64,000 nucleotides of DNA from Rubripirellula sp. (GTDB lineage Bacteria > Planctomycetota > Planctomycetia > Pirellulales > Pirellulaceae), in NCBI GenBank assembly GCA_965216875.1, contig OZ244207.1:6528001-6592000 (forward strand). The letters run 5' to 3'. How positions within the stretch are numbered: the stretch's first letter is position 1; each line of letters begins with the position of its first letter. Both the position numbers and the translations under genes were made by a program. The notes beneath the pieces are model-generated. The model searched no databases and was not told where the DNA came from. It was given only the letters and a program-made list of their open reading frames with translations. Positions 45,073 through 53,793 of this stretch are shown in pieces.

Positions 45073-47049
45073 ATGACTTTTTCGCAGTCATCCATCCCAC
45101 CGTTACTTCAAATTGGCTCACGGATCGCCGTGTTGCCTGTCATACATGGCAGCGGCCAATTCGCGCTCACCGTGCGGCAATGGATGCTGGAGCACGATTT
45201 TGACTGCGTCGCCGTGCCATTACCTCCTTCGTTTCGTGAGCCGGTTGAGAGTGCGGTAATCGAACTGCCGCGGCCATCCATTGTGATTCAGCCGTCCTCG
45301 CCACGTTTTTCGTCGTTGAATGACGAATCGAGTTGGGGCAAGACGTGGACGGGAGATGACGCGGAAGAGGACGACGAGGCTGAAGTCGCCCCGGCCAGTT
45401 ACGTGCCGGTTGATCCCTGCCAACCTGTCATCATGTCGATACGCGCGGCGATGGGTGAGCATGTTCAACGTGAATACATCGACTTGGAAACGGATCCCTT
45501 TCTCCCCTACTCCGCCGTCATGCCAGACCCATTTGCGGTTCGGCACGTCACCCCCGATAAGTTCGCCGCCGCTGTCTTGCCCGGCATCACTCGGCCTCCC
45601 GACCAACAAACTCAATCGCGAATCCTACACATGGCTTGGCGATTGGCTGAGTTGGAAGATCGCTACCAGCGGATTCTGCTTGTCGCGAGCGTCCTGCATT
45701 GGCCATGGATCCGCGAAGCCTACACGACCCTGTTTGCGTCCAACACGGCGGAGGAAGAACCCGATAGCGAAGCATTGCAGCCGCCAGAGGATGATGAGGT
45801 TCAGCCAGCGACCAGGTATGCGGTCAATCCAAAAACGTTGATGTTCTTGTATGGCGAGTTGCCGTTCATCACGGCACTCTACGAACGGGCTCGATCTGAA
45901 CTTGAAGAGGACGCCGACATTCAAATCGACGGTGTGAAAGAGTTGTTGATTGCAGCTCGAACAGCCTATCGCGAAGAACTTGGCAATCGCGCACGGCGCA
46001 TCACGCCTCTGCTGTTGTCCAAGTGCCTGCAGTACATCCGTAACCTGTCGCTCATTCACCGACGGATGACCCCCGACTTGATCACGATCGTGGTTGCGTG
46101 CAAACAAATCTTGGGCGATCAATTCGCGTTGCACGTCGCCGAACTTGCGAACGAATATGCCTATGCTGACTCGCCTGAAGAGTCAGAGTCGTTGCAGTCG
46201 GTCAAGCTTGGAATTGATCAGGCGACGCTGCCAGACGGCGAAACAATCGAGCTGGTCAATCGTTTGCCCGGACCACCGATCACATGGCGAACCTGTGAAC
46301 TCAAACGTCGACCCGATCAATCCGAAAAGGAACGCTGGCAGTATCGCTGGAACCCGTACAGCCAATGTAGCTATCCGCCGGAAGACGATCGCATCGAAAA
46401 CTTTCGCACGCGCGTTTTTGATCGTGCGAAAGCAATCATCGGAAACGATCTTGCGAGGACCGAGAAGTTCACGACAAGCGTGAAGGATGGCATCGACATT
46501 CGAGACACCCTTCGTCATTGGTACGAGAAACAGATCTATGTCAAAGTCGTCCCGCCAAGTCGCGGGGCGCTCGATGCGTGCGTGATGCTTTTCGATTCGC
46601 CAGCCGATCCGCGCGACTACCCTTGGCGGACGACTTGGTTTGCCGAACACGAAAACGAGTCGACGCTTGCGTTTTACGCGACCAATTTTCAGGAAGAGAT
46701 GGTTGGGCCAGGGATCGGGTTGGGCGTCTACGGTGGAGCGATGTTCTTGTACCCGCCTGTGATGGTCCCCGATGTTTGGCGCGACGGACGCCTCGACTTT
46801 GCCGAGACCCTCGAAGAACGCCTGATTGCTGCGGCTTGCGTGCATTCACGAAGCCCACAAATCGCACTCTTGTCGAGCTTGCCGCCGGGCGCAGGGTGGC
46901 GACGGCTTGCGCGGCGCCACAAGAAACATTTGATTCACGTACCGCTCAGTTCGTTTAGCGACGAACAGGTGCAGCAACTGCGAATGGTGCACGTTCTAAA
47001 CGGCAGCGAAGTGCGCAGCTATGCCGAGGACTTCATTCGCCGCGTCTAG
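45073..47049 (+). CDS. Conserved hypothetical protein (N-terminus reminiscent of the DUF5682/TraB-like fold)
   Basis: 658-aa ORF with native codon style. Motifs PVIHGS, DCVAVPLP, YIDLE and HMAWRL...ILLVASVLHW, plus C-terminal GIDIRDTLRH. Confidence 0.6.
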   Translation: MTFSQSSIPPLLQIGSRIAVLPVIHGSGQFALTVRQWMLEHDFDCVAVPLPPSFREPVESAVIELPRPSIVIQPSSPRFSSLNDESSWGKTWTGDDAEEDDEAEVAPASYVPVDPCQPVIMSIRAAMGEHVQREYIDLETDPFLPYSAVMPDPFAVRHVTPDKFAAAVLPGITRPPDQQTQSRILHMAWRLAELEDRYQRILLVASVLHWPWIREAYTTLFASNTAEEEPDSEALQPPEDDEVQPATRYAVNPKTLMFLYGELPFITALYERARSELEEDADIQIDGVKELLIAARTAYREELGNRARRITPLLLSKCLQYIRNLSLIHRRMTPDLITIVVACKQILGDQFALHVAELANEYAYADSPEESESLQSVKLGIDQATLPDGETIELVNRLPGPPITWRTCELKRRPDQSEKERWQYRWNPYSQCSYPPEDDRIENFRTRVFDRAKAIIGNDLARTEKFTTSVKDGIDIRDTLRHWYEKQIYVKVVPPSRGALDACVMLFDSPADPRDYPWRTTWFAEHENESTLAFYATNFQEEMVGPGIGLGVYGGAMFLYPPVMVPDVWRDGRLDFAETLEERLIAAACVHSRSPQIALLSSLPPGAGWRRLARRHKKHLIHVPLSSFSDEQVQQLRMVHVLNGSEVRSYAEDFIRRV

Positions 47050-48109
47050 CGTTGAGGGCGCGCTGTTGAGCTTCCAGCACTGCTTGCTCAAGCGGATCGC
47101 CACTTCCTGGGACAGGTTTCTCTGACGCGAGAATCGGCGCGACGGTAAAGCCATTGCCGCGACTGAGCGCCGTTCGGTAAACGTCGATTGGTCCTGGTTG
47201 CAGCGCGTCGCCCGGCGGAAGAGCAAACCGGCCAATGCCGCGACCGTGATAGTTGGCGTCTTCGATAGGGTTGGGACTTTTCCCCGTACGATCGATGGCA
47301 ACCGACTGTAGCTCTCGCGTGCGGACGACGATCTCGTAAAGCACTTTGGGTGGAATATGGCGCGTCAGGTCGCGCGTGATCGGTTCGCCATAGATGTCAT
47401 AGGTTTGATACGTTTCGATCAACGTCCCGCCAGCGCTTCTGGCAAACTCGGCGTTGACGGATTGGCCGCTCCTCAATCGCAATGAACGATCGTTGGACGG
47501 ATTATTCAGATCAAGGATCTCCATTTGGATTTCGCCCGGCCCGCCGTTATGCAGTTTCACTGGCACGCTCGTTAGCGGTGTGTCAGGTATCAGTTTTGAT
47601 TCGACCAGGACCGATTGCGGGTATCGATAGGGGCTGTAGAGTCGCTCGGACCCTACCGAGTACATGCCTAAGTTTTGGCCGCCGAAACGCTGGGGCGGTC
47701 CATTAAATCGATCGTCGTAAGGTTGGGACTGACGCTGATCCCAAAGTGAAGGCGACTGCGATCGAGGTCGCAAGCTTTCGCGCGTCCGTCGAAACTGCGG
47801 GGACGGATCATTGAGGTCTGCCCGCAAGATTTCTCCTTGGCCGGATGCTGGCAGTCGAAGTACCGAGCCGGAGACTTGGTTGAGGTAGCCAAGGAAGTTG
47901 CCATCACGCGAATCGTAACGTCGCTCGCGCAAGTATTTGTCCGTTCGACCCGTAATCGTGTCGGTCAACCAAATGTCGTTGCGTTCGAACCGAAGGGTTG
48001 CTGTCGTGTTGGCGCGTGAATCGACAATTTCGAACGATTCGGCGTCGGAAGAGGACAAACCTGTTGTCGTCAAAATGAGCAGTGATGCCAGGACGAGTGG
48101 CCAGCGCAT
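47033..48109 (-). CDS. Secreted hypothetical protein
   Basis: N-terminal signal peptide MRWPLVLASLLILTTTGLS and a hydrophilic beta-rich body. Confidence 0.7.
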   Translation of the reverse strand: MRWPLVLASLLILTTTGLSSSDAESFEIVDSRANTTATLRFERNDIWLTDTITGRTDKYLRERRYDSRDGNFLGYLNQVSGSVLRLPASGQGEILRADLNDPSPQFRRTRESLRPRSQSPSLWDQRQSQPYDDRFNGPPQRFGGQNLGMYSVGSERLYSPYRYPQSVLVESKLIPDTPLTSVPVKLHNGGPGEIQMEILDLNNPSNDRSLRLRSGQSVNAEFARSAGGTLIETYQTYDIYGEPITRDLTRHIPPKVLYEIVVRTRELQSVAIDRTGKSPNPIEDANYHGRGIGRFALPPGDALQPGPIDVYRTALSRGNGFTVAPILASEKPVPGSGDPLEQAVLEAQQRALNARRGE

Positions 48110-48297
48110 GAGCTGTACTCACAAACGGATTGCGGGGAGAAATCAATCGGAGGCACCGGCTCGATTATACCCGAGTGAGCGATTCAGAAGAAACGAATCA
48201 GGGGCAAGCTCGCATCACAGGAATAAGCGAGCGTTGGCAAATACCGCGGTTCCAAGAGGGATCCAGCAGCAGCGCGAGAATTCGAGTGCCTGGCGAA

Positions 48298-48951
48298 TTA
48301 CTCGTTCGACACTTTCGCCGCGTCACGGCGTTCGGCGCGTCGCGAGAGCGTGCCAACGCAAGCGGAGCTGCAAATCAGACCGACCAATCCCAAGAAGACG
48401 GTCGCCCCCAAGGCGCCAAGTCGCTCACTCACTTCGAGGTTCTTGAGCGATCCGAGAAACAGGTCGCGCGCCTCTTCGTCGAACTGAAGCTCTGCGGCAT
48501 GTTCGAATTGGGTCAAGCCTTCTTTGGTGACTTTGCCATCGTAGCGTCGCGTGACCAAGTGTTTTTCAATCCACTTGTCCGAGATGGGATGGTAGTCAGA
48601 GCGGCCAAGTGCTCCTGGCAAACCGGCCAAGTAAGTTTCGACGGCGCCGCGAATCTTGATCTTCAATTCTTCGCCACTTTCCTCGGGTGTATCCCAAGGC
48701 ATCGACACAACGACGATCTTGTGAGGCAAGTCGGCAAGTTCCGGCGGTGCGCTGACCCACTCGGGACGATCTTCGGGATAGTCGACGTGATCAAGCAGCG
48801 GAACTGACAGAGACTTAACATCGCCTTCGATTTTGGCGGGCGTCTTTTTCTCGGGCGTGTCCTTGTCTTGTCCAAGCGTTGTGGTTGCTGGGACTAGCAG
48901 AAGCAGTGCCAAGCATGCGCTACTGGTCGTTGCGATTTTCTTCTTGCTCAT
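48298..48951 (-). CDS. Hypothetical protein with signal peptide and C-terminal TM anchor
   Basis: Signal peptide and C-terminal TM (LGALGATVFLGLVGLI). ATGA overlap with the kinase gene. Confidence 0.75.
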   Translation of the reverse strand: MSKKKIATTSSACLALLLLVPATTTLGQDKDTPEKKTPAKIEGDVKSLSVPLLDHVDYPEDRPEWVSAPPELADLPHKIVVVSMPWDTPEESGEELKIKIRGAVETYLAGLPGALGRSDYHPISDKWIEKHLVTRRYDGKVTKEGLTQFEHAAELQFDEEARDLFLGSLKNLEVSERLGALGATVFLGLVGLICSSACVGTLSRRAERRDAAKVSNE

Positions 48952-51335
48952 GCCACGCTCCTTGCGTCGACTGCAGTCCCGTCAACGGGTGCGGGGGTGA
49001 GGTTTCTTCGTGACGAAGCTCGTGGGTTGATCCAAGGCGAAGCCATTTGCACGGCGACTGCGATACCGCCAGCCATCAACATGCCAGCTGGTTGTGGAAT
49101 GGGAAGGACTTGGTGAACGCCCCATTCGGCGACCACGGCTACCGCGACTGACCAAAGACTCAATCGAGTTCGGCGAAGCGGATCGACAGGTTTCCACCAA
49201 CGCAGTGCAGCGAACAGCAACGCGAAGTGGGCCATCAATGCTGACGCCATCGGCGACCCGTCCGGACTGTAAAGTGCCTGCGGAAGTGCCGTCGTGGTGA
49301 CATCGCGAGCAACTTGGGTTTCCGAAAGTGGGATCATCAAGAAGTCACCGATGCTGTAGGCCGCCAAGCCAACTCCAGCACCGACGCCGGCGAGCACAAG
49401 GCGACGTGGCAAACCTTCGCCCTCATCACGCTCCCAAAGCTTGCCCATCCCCAGCAGACTGATCGAGGCGACAAGCACGACGATGGCCATCCAGCCGTAA
49501 GGTGCGATGGCAACGGCATCGACTGTGCCGGTTCGCAGTCCGATGACACCTGCCCCAAGCGCCATGCCGAGTGCGGTAAAGGTCGCTGCGATCCACGAGG
49601 TATTCAGTTCGGCGACGCGATGGATCGAACGCTTGGCTCGCAAGCTCGTTCGCATGTTGTCACGCCACTGCTTGCGTGAAATTGGACGTTGCGGCACGCC
49701 GGCCGCAGTGGCGATCCGTTGTGCCTGGGCATACGTCGGTTGCTGGCGCACATGAAGCACCATCTGCCGAACGATGTAGTAGGGAACGTAAAAGAACGCG
49801 ACGAGCGACAAGAGCGGCAACAGCCAATGGGTGTTGACGATCAAAACGAACGCACCAACGATCAAGAGGAACGCTTTCGCACCGGGTGATCGGTCGAGCG
49901 TTGCCCACCAGCGGTTCAAGTCCGAGATGCTGTGTCGAATGGCTCGAGCGAACGGTTCGTCCGCCGTGGGTGATTTGTAATTGGGGCGTTCGTTGTTTCG
50001 GCAGCGACCGTACTTATGGTTTTGACGCGGTCCTGCGACTTCCTCGGCAAGGATTGGCAACTCTTCTTGCGTTGTCGCTTCGGCTGGCTCAGGAACCTGT
50101 TCTGCCAGGACGACAGGTGAGCCGTGGTCGGTTTCGCCCATGCCGATTGAGTTCATCATTTCGGCAACGGTCGAAAATCGTTTGGCAGGGTCTTTTTCCA
50201 AGCATCGCGAGATCGTCGATCGGTATGGTTCTGCAATGCCGGAAAGGTTTGGCGCGGCGGTCAAGTGTTTGACGATGATCTCGTGACAGCTTTCGCCGTC
50301 GAACGGGACTTCACCAGTCAACAACTCGTACAGCATGATGCCGAGTGCGTAGATATCGATCTCGCGTCCGTATTGGCCACGGCCGATTTCAGGCGCCATG
50401 TAGTGGAACGTGCCAACGCTTTCGGTGTGGCCACCACGGTGCGATGCCGAGATAAACTTGCTCAAGCCGTAGTCGCCAACTTTGATGATGCCCAAGTCAT
50501 CAAAGACGTTGCCTGGTTTCAAGTCTCGGTGAACCAAGCCCGCCGAATGCAGATGATTGACGCCGGCTGCGATCGCGCCGAACCAGCGGCGTGCTTCACT
50601 TTCGCCGAGGCCATCGGGTGATCGGTCAAGGACTTCGCGGAGGTTGGGACCCGCGACGTATTCCATCACAACCCAAGATTCGTTGTTGGGGTCGCGACAG
50701 ATGTCGAACAACGAAACCAGGTTAGGGTGTTTTAGGTTCAGGCAGTGCGAAACGCCTCGCAGTTCAACCTCGAGGTTGCGTTGAATTCGTTTGAGGGCGA
50801 CTTCTTTTCCAGCTTCGCTGACGGCAAAGTAAACTTCACCGAAACCACCGATGCCGATCCCGCGTCGAATGGTGTAGCGCGGCAAGGGCTCCGAACCCGG
50901 AGCGAAGGTGAACGCATTTGGCTTTAGGCCAGCGTCACTCGCTTGGGTGTCGTCGAGAGCTTGTTGCCGCGAAGAGTGGTTCATCGGATCGGATGAAGTG
51001 AAAGTGCCTTCATGAGGCTCAGCTTGCGAGTCGGATGGGCTGGCATCGTCACCTTCTCCTGCCGCCGCAACCTGCTGGCCGTTCGGTCTTATTTTATCGA
51101 GAAGAGCGGACATGAAACCGGTTTTCCGGGGAGAATCGTCGTTGCCAGCAGCCACCTGCCGGCCGTTTTGTGCCGCATTTTCCAGCTGCGACGGTTGGTG
51201 GCCCGCCGCGTTGGGCTGGTCACCGGAATCTTTCCATAAAGCCTGGGCACCATCGCTGGCGTTTTCGGGCGCATCGGTTGTCGCCGCCCCGTTGGTCGTG
51301 CCCGTCGTCGCTGCGGGAGTTTTTGGCTGGTTCAT
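48948..51335 (-). CDS. Hanks-type Ser/Thr protein kinase with polytopic C-terminal membrane domain
   Basis: GIGGFGEVY, VALK, HRDLKPGN, DYG and GTFHYMAPE. Disordered N-terminus and about 7-8 TM helices at the C-terminus. Start at MNQPK by ATGA overlap. Confidence 0.9.
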   Translation of the reverse strand: MNQPKTPAATTGTTNGAATTDAPENASDGAQALWKDSGDQPNAAGHQPSQLENAAQNGRQVAAGNDDSPRKTGFMSALLDKIRPNGQQVAAAGEGDDASPSDSQAEPHEGTFTSSDPMNHSSRQQALDDTQASDAGLKPNAFTFAPGSEPLPRYTIRRGIGIGGFGEVYFAVSEAGKEVALKRIQRNLEVELRGVSHCLNLKHPNLVSLFDICRDPNNESWVVMEYVAGPNLREVLDRSPDGLGESEARRWFGAIAAGVNHLHSAGLVHRDLKPGNVFDDLGIIKVGDYGLSKFISASHRGGHTESVGTFHYMAPEIGRGQYGREIDIYALGIMLYELLTGEVPFDGESCHEIIVKHLTAAPNLSGIAEPYRSTISRCLEKDPAKRFSTVAEMMNSIGMGETDHGSPVVLAEQVPEPAEATTQEELPILAEEVAGPRQNHKYGRCRNNERPNYKSPTADEPFARAIRHSISDLNRWWATLDRSPGAKAFLLIVGAFVLIVNTHWLLPLLSLVAFFYVPYYIVRQMVLHVRQQPTYAQAQRIATAAGVPQRPISRKQWRDNMRTSLRAKRSIHRVAELNTSWIAATFTALGMALGAGVIGLRTGTVDAVAIAPYGWMAIVVLVASISLLGMGKLWERDEGEGLPRRLVLAGVGAGVGLAAYSIGDFLMIPLSETQVARDVTTTALPQALYSPDGSPMASALMAHFALLFAALRWWKPVDPLRRTRLSLWSVAVAVVAEWGVHQVLPIPQPAGMLMAGGIAVAVQMASPWINPRASSRRNLTPAPVDGTAVDARSVA

Positions 51336-51943
51336 GCCTTCTCCAACGTCATCGCAAGGGACTGCAGCGTGACCCGGTTGCCCGGAACAAGTTCTTCGAA
51401 ATCGGCGGCCAGTCCTACTTTGCCCATCCACGTGTCGCCGCGGCATGTCAGCACAATGCGGTCGTCCAGTTGGTGGCATCGAATGTGGCAATCAGGTTGC
51501 GGGCCGATCAACAACGTTTGGTCAACCAACACCACTCCATCAACGTGATCAGCGAATCGATGCGGAGCTGTAAGTGTCAAGGTTGCCGAACTACTAAGTG
51601 GACTTGGTGTTTGCAGTGTCACGCAGGCCGATCCAGGAATCGGTAGCGGACGACCGCTCGTTATCAATGCTCTTGGAATGCTGTTCGCAATGGAGTGACC
51701 GTGTTCAACGGGGCTGCCATTGTCGTTGGCTCGCCAAAAATAGTCGCCGCTGTTCCGCTCGATTGTTCCAGCGTTGCGCGGCCAGTCGGCTCGGACACAA
51801 ATGTCGGCCAGTTGTTGGCTGCTCGGTCCCCCTACACTCCAGCGATCGCCAGTCAGCAGTAGGAATCCGCCACATCCGTCAATCCAAAGCCTCCAGCGAA
51901 GCGCTGGAGGCAGGTCGTTCGATGAGGTCGAGTTTGCTGACAC
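51332..51943 (-). CDS. Degenerate tandem FHA-like protein
   Basis: 'DRWSVGG...ADICVRADWPRNAGTIER' and 'TLLIGPQPDCHI' resemble two FHA beta-sandwiches without the GR/SxxH residues. Confidence 0.55.
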   Translation of the reverse strand: MSANSTSSNDLPPALRWRLWIDGCGGFLLLTGDRWSVGGPSSQQLADICVRADWPRNAGTIERNSGDYFWRANDNGSPVEHGHSIANSIPRALITSGRPLPIPGSACVTLQTPSPLSSSATLTLTAPHRFADHVDGVVLVDQTLLIGPQPDCHIRCHQLDDRIVLTCRGDTWMGKVGLAADFEELVPGNRVTLQSLAMTLEKA

Positions 51944-51990
51944 GAATCAGCCTACGGTGTCAGGGAAAACTTACGGCCAATCCGCTTTGC

Positions 51991-52797
51991 TCAGTCAAGC
52001 TGAACGGATACCAATGCACCTTGAGGAACGTTTGGCTCGCTGAAGTACGTGGTGATCTCGTTCAGCAAGTCCTCATCGCTCGGTTGGTCCAAGTCGATTT
52101 CGCCATAGTAGTCGACATCGACAGCCATGGTTTCCTCTTCAACATCGATACGGGTCGCGATCGTGTCGAGCAGTTCGCGGGTCTGCGACAAGTGACTGTC
52201 GTCCAGGTTCAGCTTGCTGCTGGTCTGTGCGACTCGCAGGGCTGCCACGCGGGCTTGCAGGTTCTCGACTTCGACCTCGAGTTGCCGCTTGCTGCTAAGC
52301 ATCACTTCCATTCGGTCGTGACCAGCTTGCAACGAAGCGCGACGTGCCGAAACCATCTGCTCGAGTTTGTCGGCAGTGGCTTTGCGCGTCTTGAATCGCT
52401 TGAAACGATTCGACAGGTCGTTCTTGACCTGAACCGAAGTGTAAGTTCGGTCACCGTAAGTGTAGTAGTCGTTGTCGCTACGAAGGTCGTCGGTCAATCG
52501 CTCGATGTCCGACTGGGTTTTTGCGAGACGCTCGTCGGTCTCTTTGAGTTGCTCTTCGAGTTTGGCAACTTCGATCTTTTCGCGTGCAATCCGCTTGGCG
52601 TTGATTTCGATCTCAGGCTTCAGATCGGCGATCATCTGGCGAGCTCGCTTGAGCTCCCATTCCAGAGGCATCGAGTCGCTTGCGGAATCTTGCAGGTAGC
52701 TGACGCCACAACGAGCGTAGCTGAACAGGGGGACGCCCAAAGTGACGGACGAAAGCAATGCCAACGCGCCGCCGGCGAGGACTAATTTCTTGACCAT
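51991..52797 (-). CDS. PspA/IM30-like coiled-coil protein with N-terminal signal/TM segment
   Basis: Hydrophobic N-terminus, then 'SMPLEWELKRARQMIADL...' and long heptad helices matching the PspA helix layout. GGAGAG RBS. Confidence 0.6.
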   Translation of the reverse strand: MVKKLVLAGGALALLSSVTLGVPLFSYARCGVSYLQDSASDSMPLEWELKRARQMIADLKPEIEINAKRIAREKIEVAKLEEQLKETDERLAKTQSDIERLTDDLRSDNDYYTYGDRTYTSVQVKNDLSNRFKRFKTRKATADKLEQMVSARRASLQAGHDRMEVMLSSKRQLEVEVENLQARVAALRVAQTSSKLNLDDSHLSQTRELLDTIATRIDVEEETMAVDVDYYGEIDLDQPSDEDLLNEITTYFSEPNVPQGALVSVQLD

Positions 52798-53048
52798 GGA
52801 TACTCTCCCAACTTGGCTGATTTGGTTGCGGCAACTGCCGCGTCACAACCAAGGATTCGCAGGCCTGCGGCCGATCTTGGGTCCGCAGCGAAAAATTGCC
52901 GGTTTTGCAGGTTTTTTCAATGCTGCGGGGCTGGGAAGAACTCCGTTGCCCAGGTCCGCAGGGGGCCACGAAAAGGTTGCCGCGACCGACAGAATTGGCG
53001 GGTGAGAGCCCCGAATTGGCCATTAAAGGAAATCAGGGCACCTTAAGT

Positions 53049-53084
53049 TGCCATTTAGTGGCATATGATTACACTAAAGTGGCA
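53049..53084. promoter_or_regulatory. Imperfect inverted repeat (possible activator/operator site)
   Basis: TGCCATTTAGTG-N11-CACTAAAGTGGCA (one-base bulge) in a 620-bp divergent intergenic region. Confidence 0.45.
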
Positions 53085-53249
53085 GGAATGACCGATGACT
53101 TATCACGGGGCGACTGTCGTGTTGGCAAGATGCGACAGCAGTGTTGCGAGGATGCAACAGATTCTGGAACAGAGCCAATTGGCTTTCTGATCCATAAGTA
53201 AAGCGTCAGTAACGATTTGCGTCGATTTCTGGCGGTCGGCAATGGTGCT

Positions 53250-53266
53250 TCGGCACGTTGCTTGCA
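53250..53266 (+). promoter_or_regulatory. sigma54 (-24/-12) promoter
   Basis: TCGGCACGTTGCTTGCA has exact GG-N10-GC spacing and matches TGGCACG-N4-TTGCA except for one base. Confidence 0.6.
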
Positions 53267-53416
53267 ACTGAACCTCCTTCGCCTGACAAGGCTCCTACTA
53301 GCAACGGACCTGTCAGCAATTGCACCGACGAATTCATTGTCGCGAATCACTCGCATGGTGGATTCGTTTGTTCCACAAAGACGGCAACGGAGTGCTCAGA
53401 ATCGGAGGCCACACCC

Positions 53417-53635
53417 ATGACGACCTCAACCGAAAAACGCCAACCATCACTTTCGACCCATGGCGACCATTGGTTGGAAATGACGGCAACCCTTTCACGC
53501 GAATCGACCGACGAGTTCGGCGATTGGCTAGGCGATGAATTAGCAAAGCTCGAGAAGGAACTCTACACCTTCATCACTCCCCGGTCACTGACCAAGGGGA
53601 GTCAGCGACAGCCCTCGTCCACACCCGTCGCCTAG
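53417..53635 (+). CDS. Small hypothetical protein (72 aa)
   Basis: GGAGG RBS at 53404-53408, amphipathic acidic helix EFGDWLGDELAKLEKELY, downstream of the sigma54 motif. Confidence 0.55.
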   Translation: MTTSTEKRQPSLSTHGDHWLEMTATLSRESTDEFGDWLGDELAKLEKELYTFITPRSLTKGSQRQPSSTPVA

Positions 53636-53793
53636 GTCGATTCTTGCGAGTAGGCCGGATCACGGAGCAACAGCGAGACTGATCCGGCATGGCCCTCGAG
53701 AATGCGCTGGGCTGCTCCCGATCTCTATCGCCGTATTCAAGCCGTGTAGAATTGAGGCTTCCTGCCTCAAAACTTCCCACCACGGCTTTCTTG

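Noticed and set aside
51598..52785. 395-aa plus-strand ORF
   Set aside because: Antisense to the PspA-like and FHA-like genes, which have an RBS and operon coupling.
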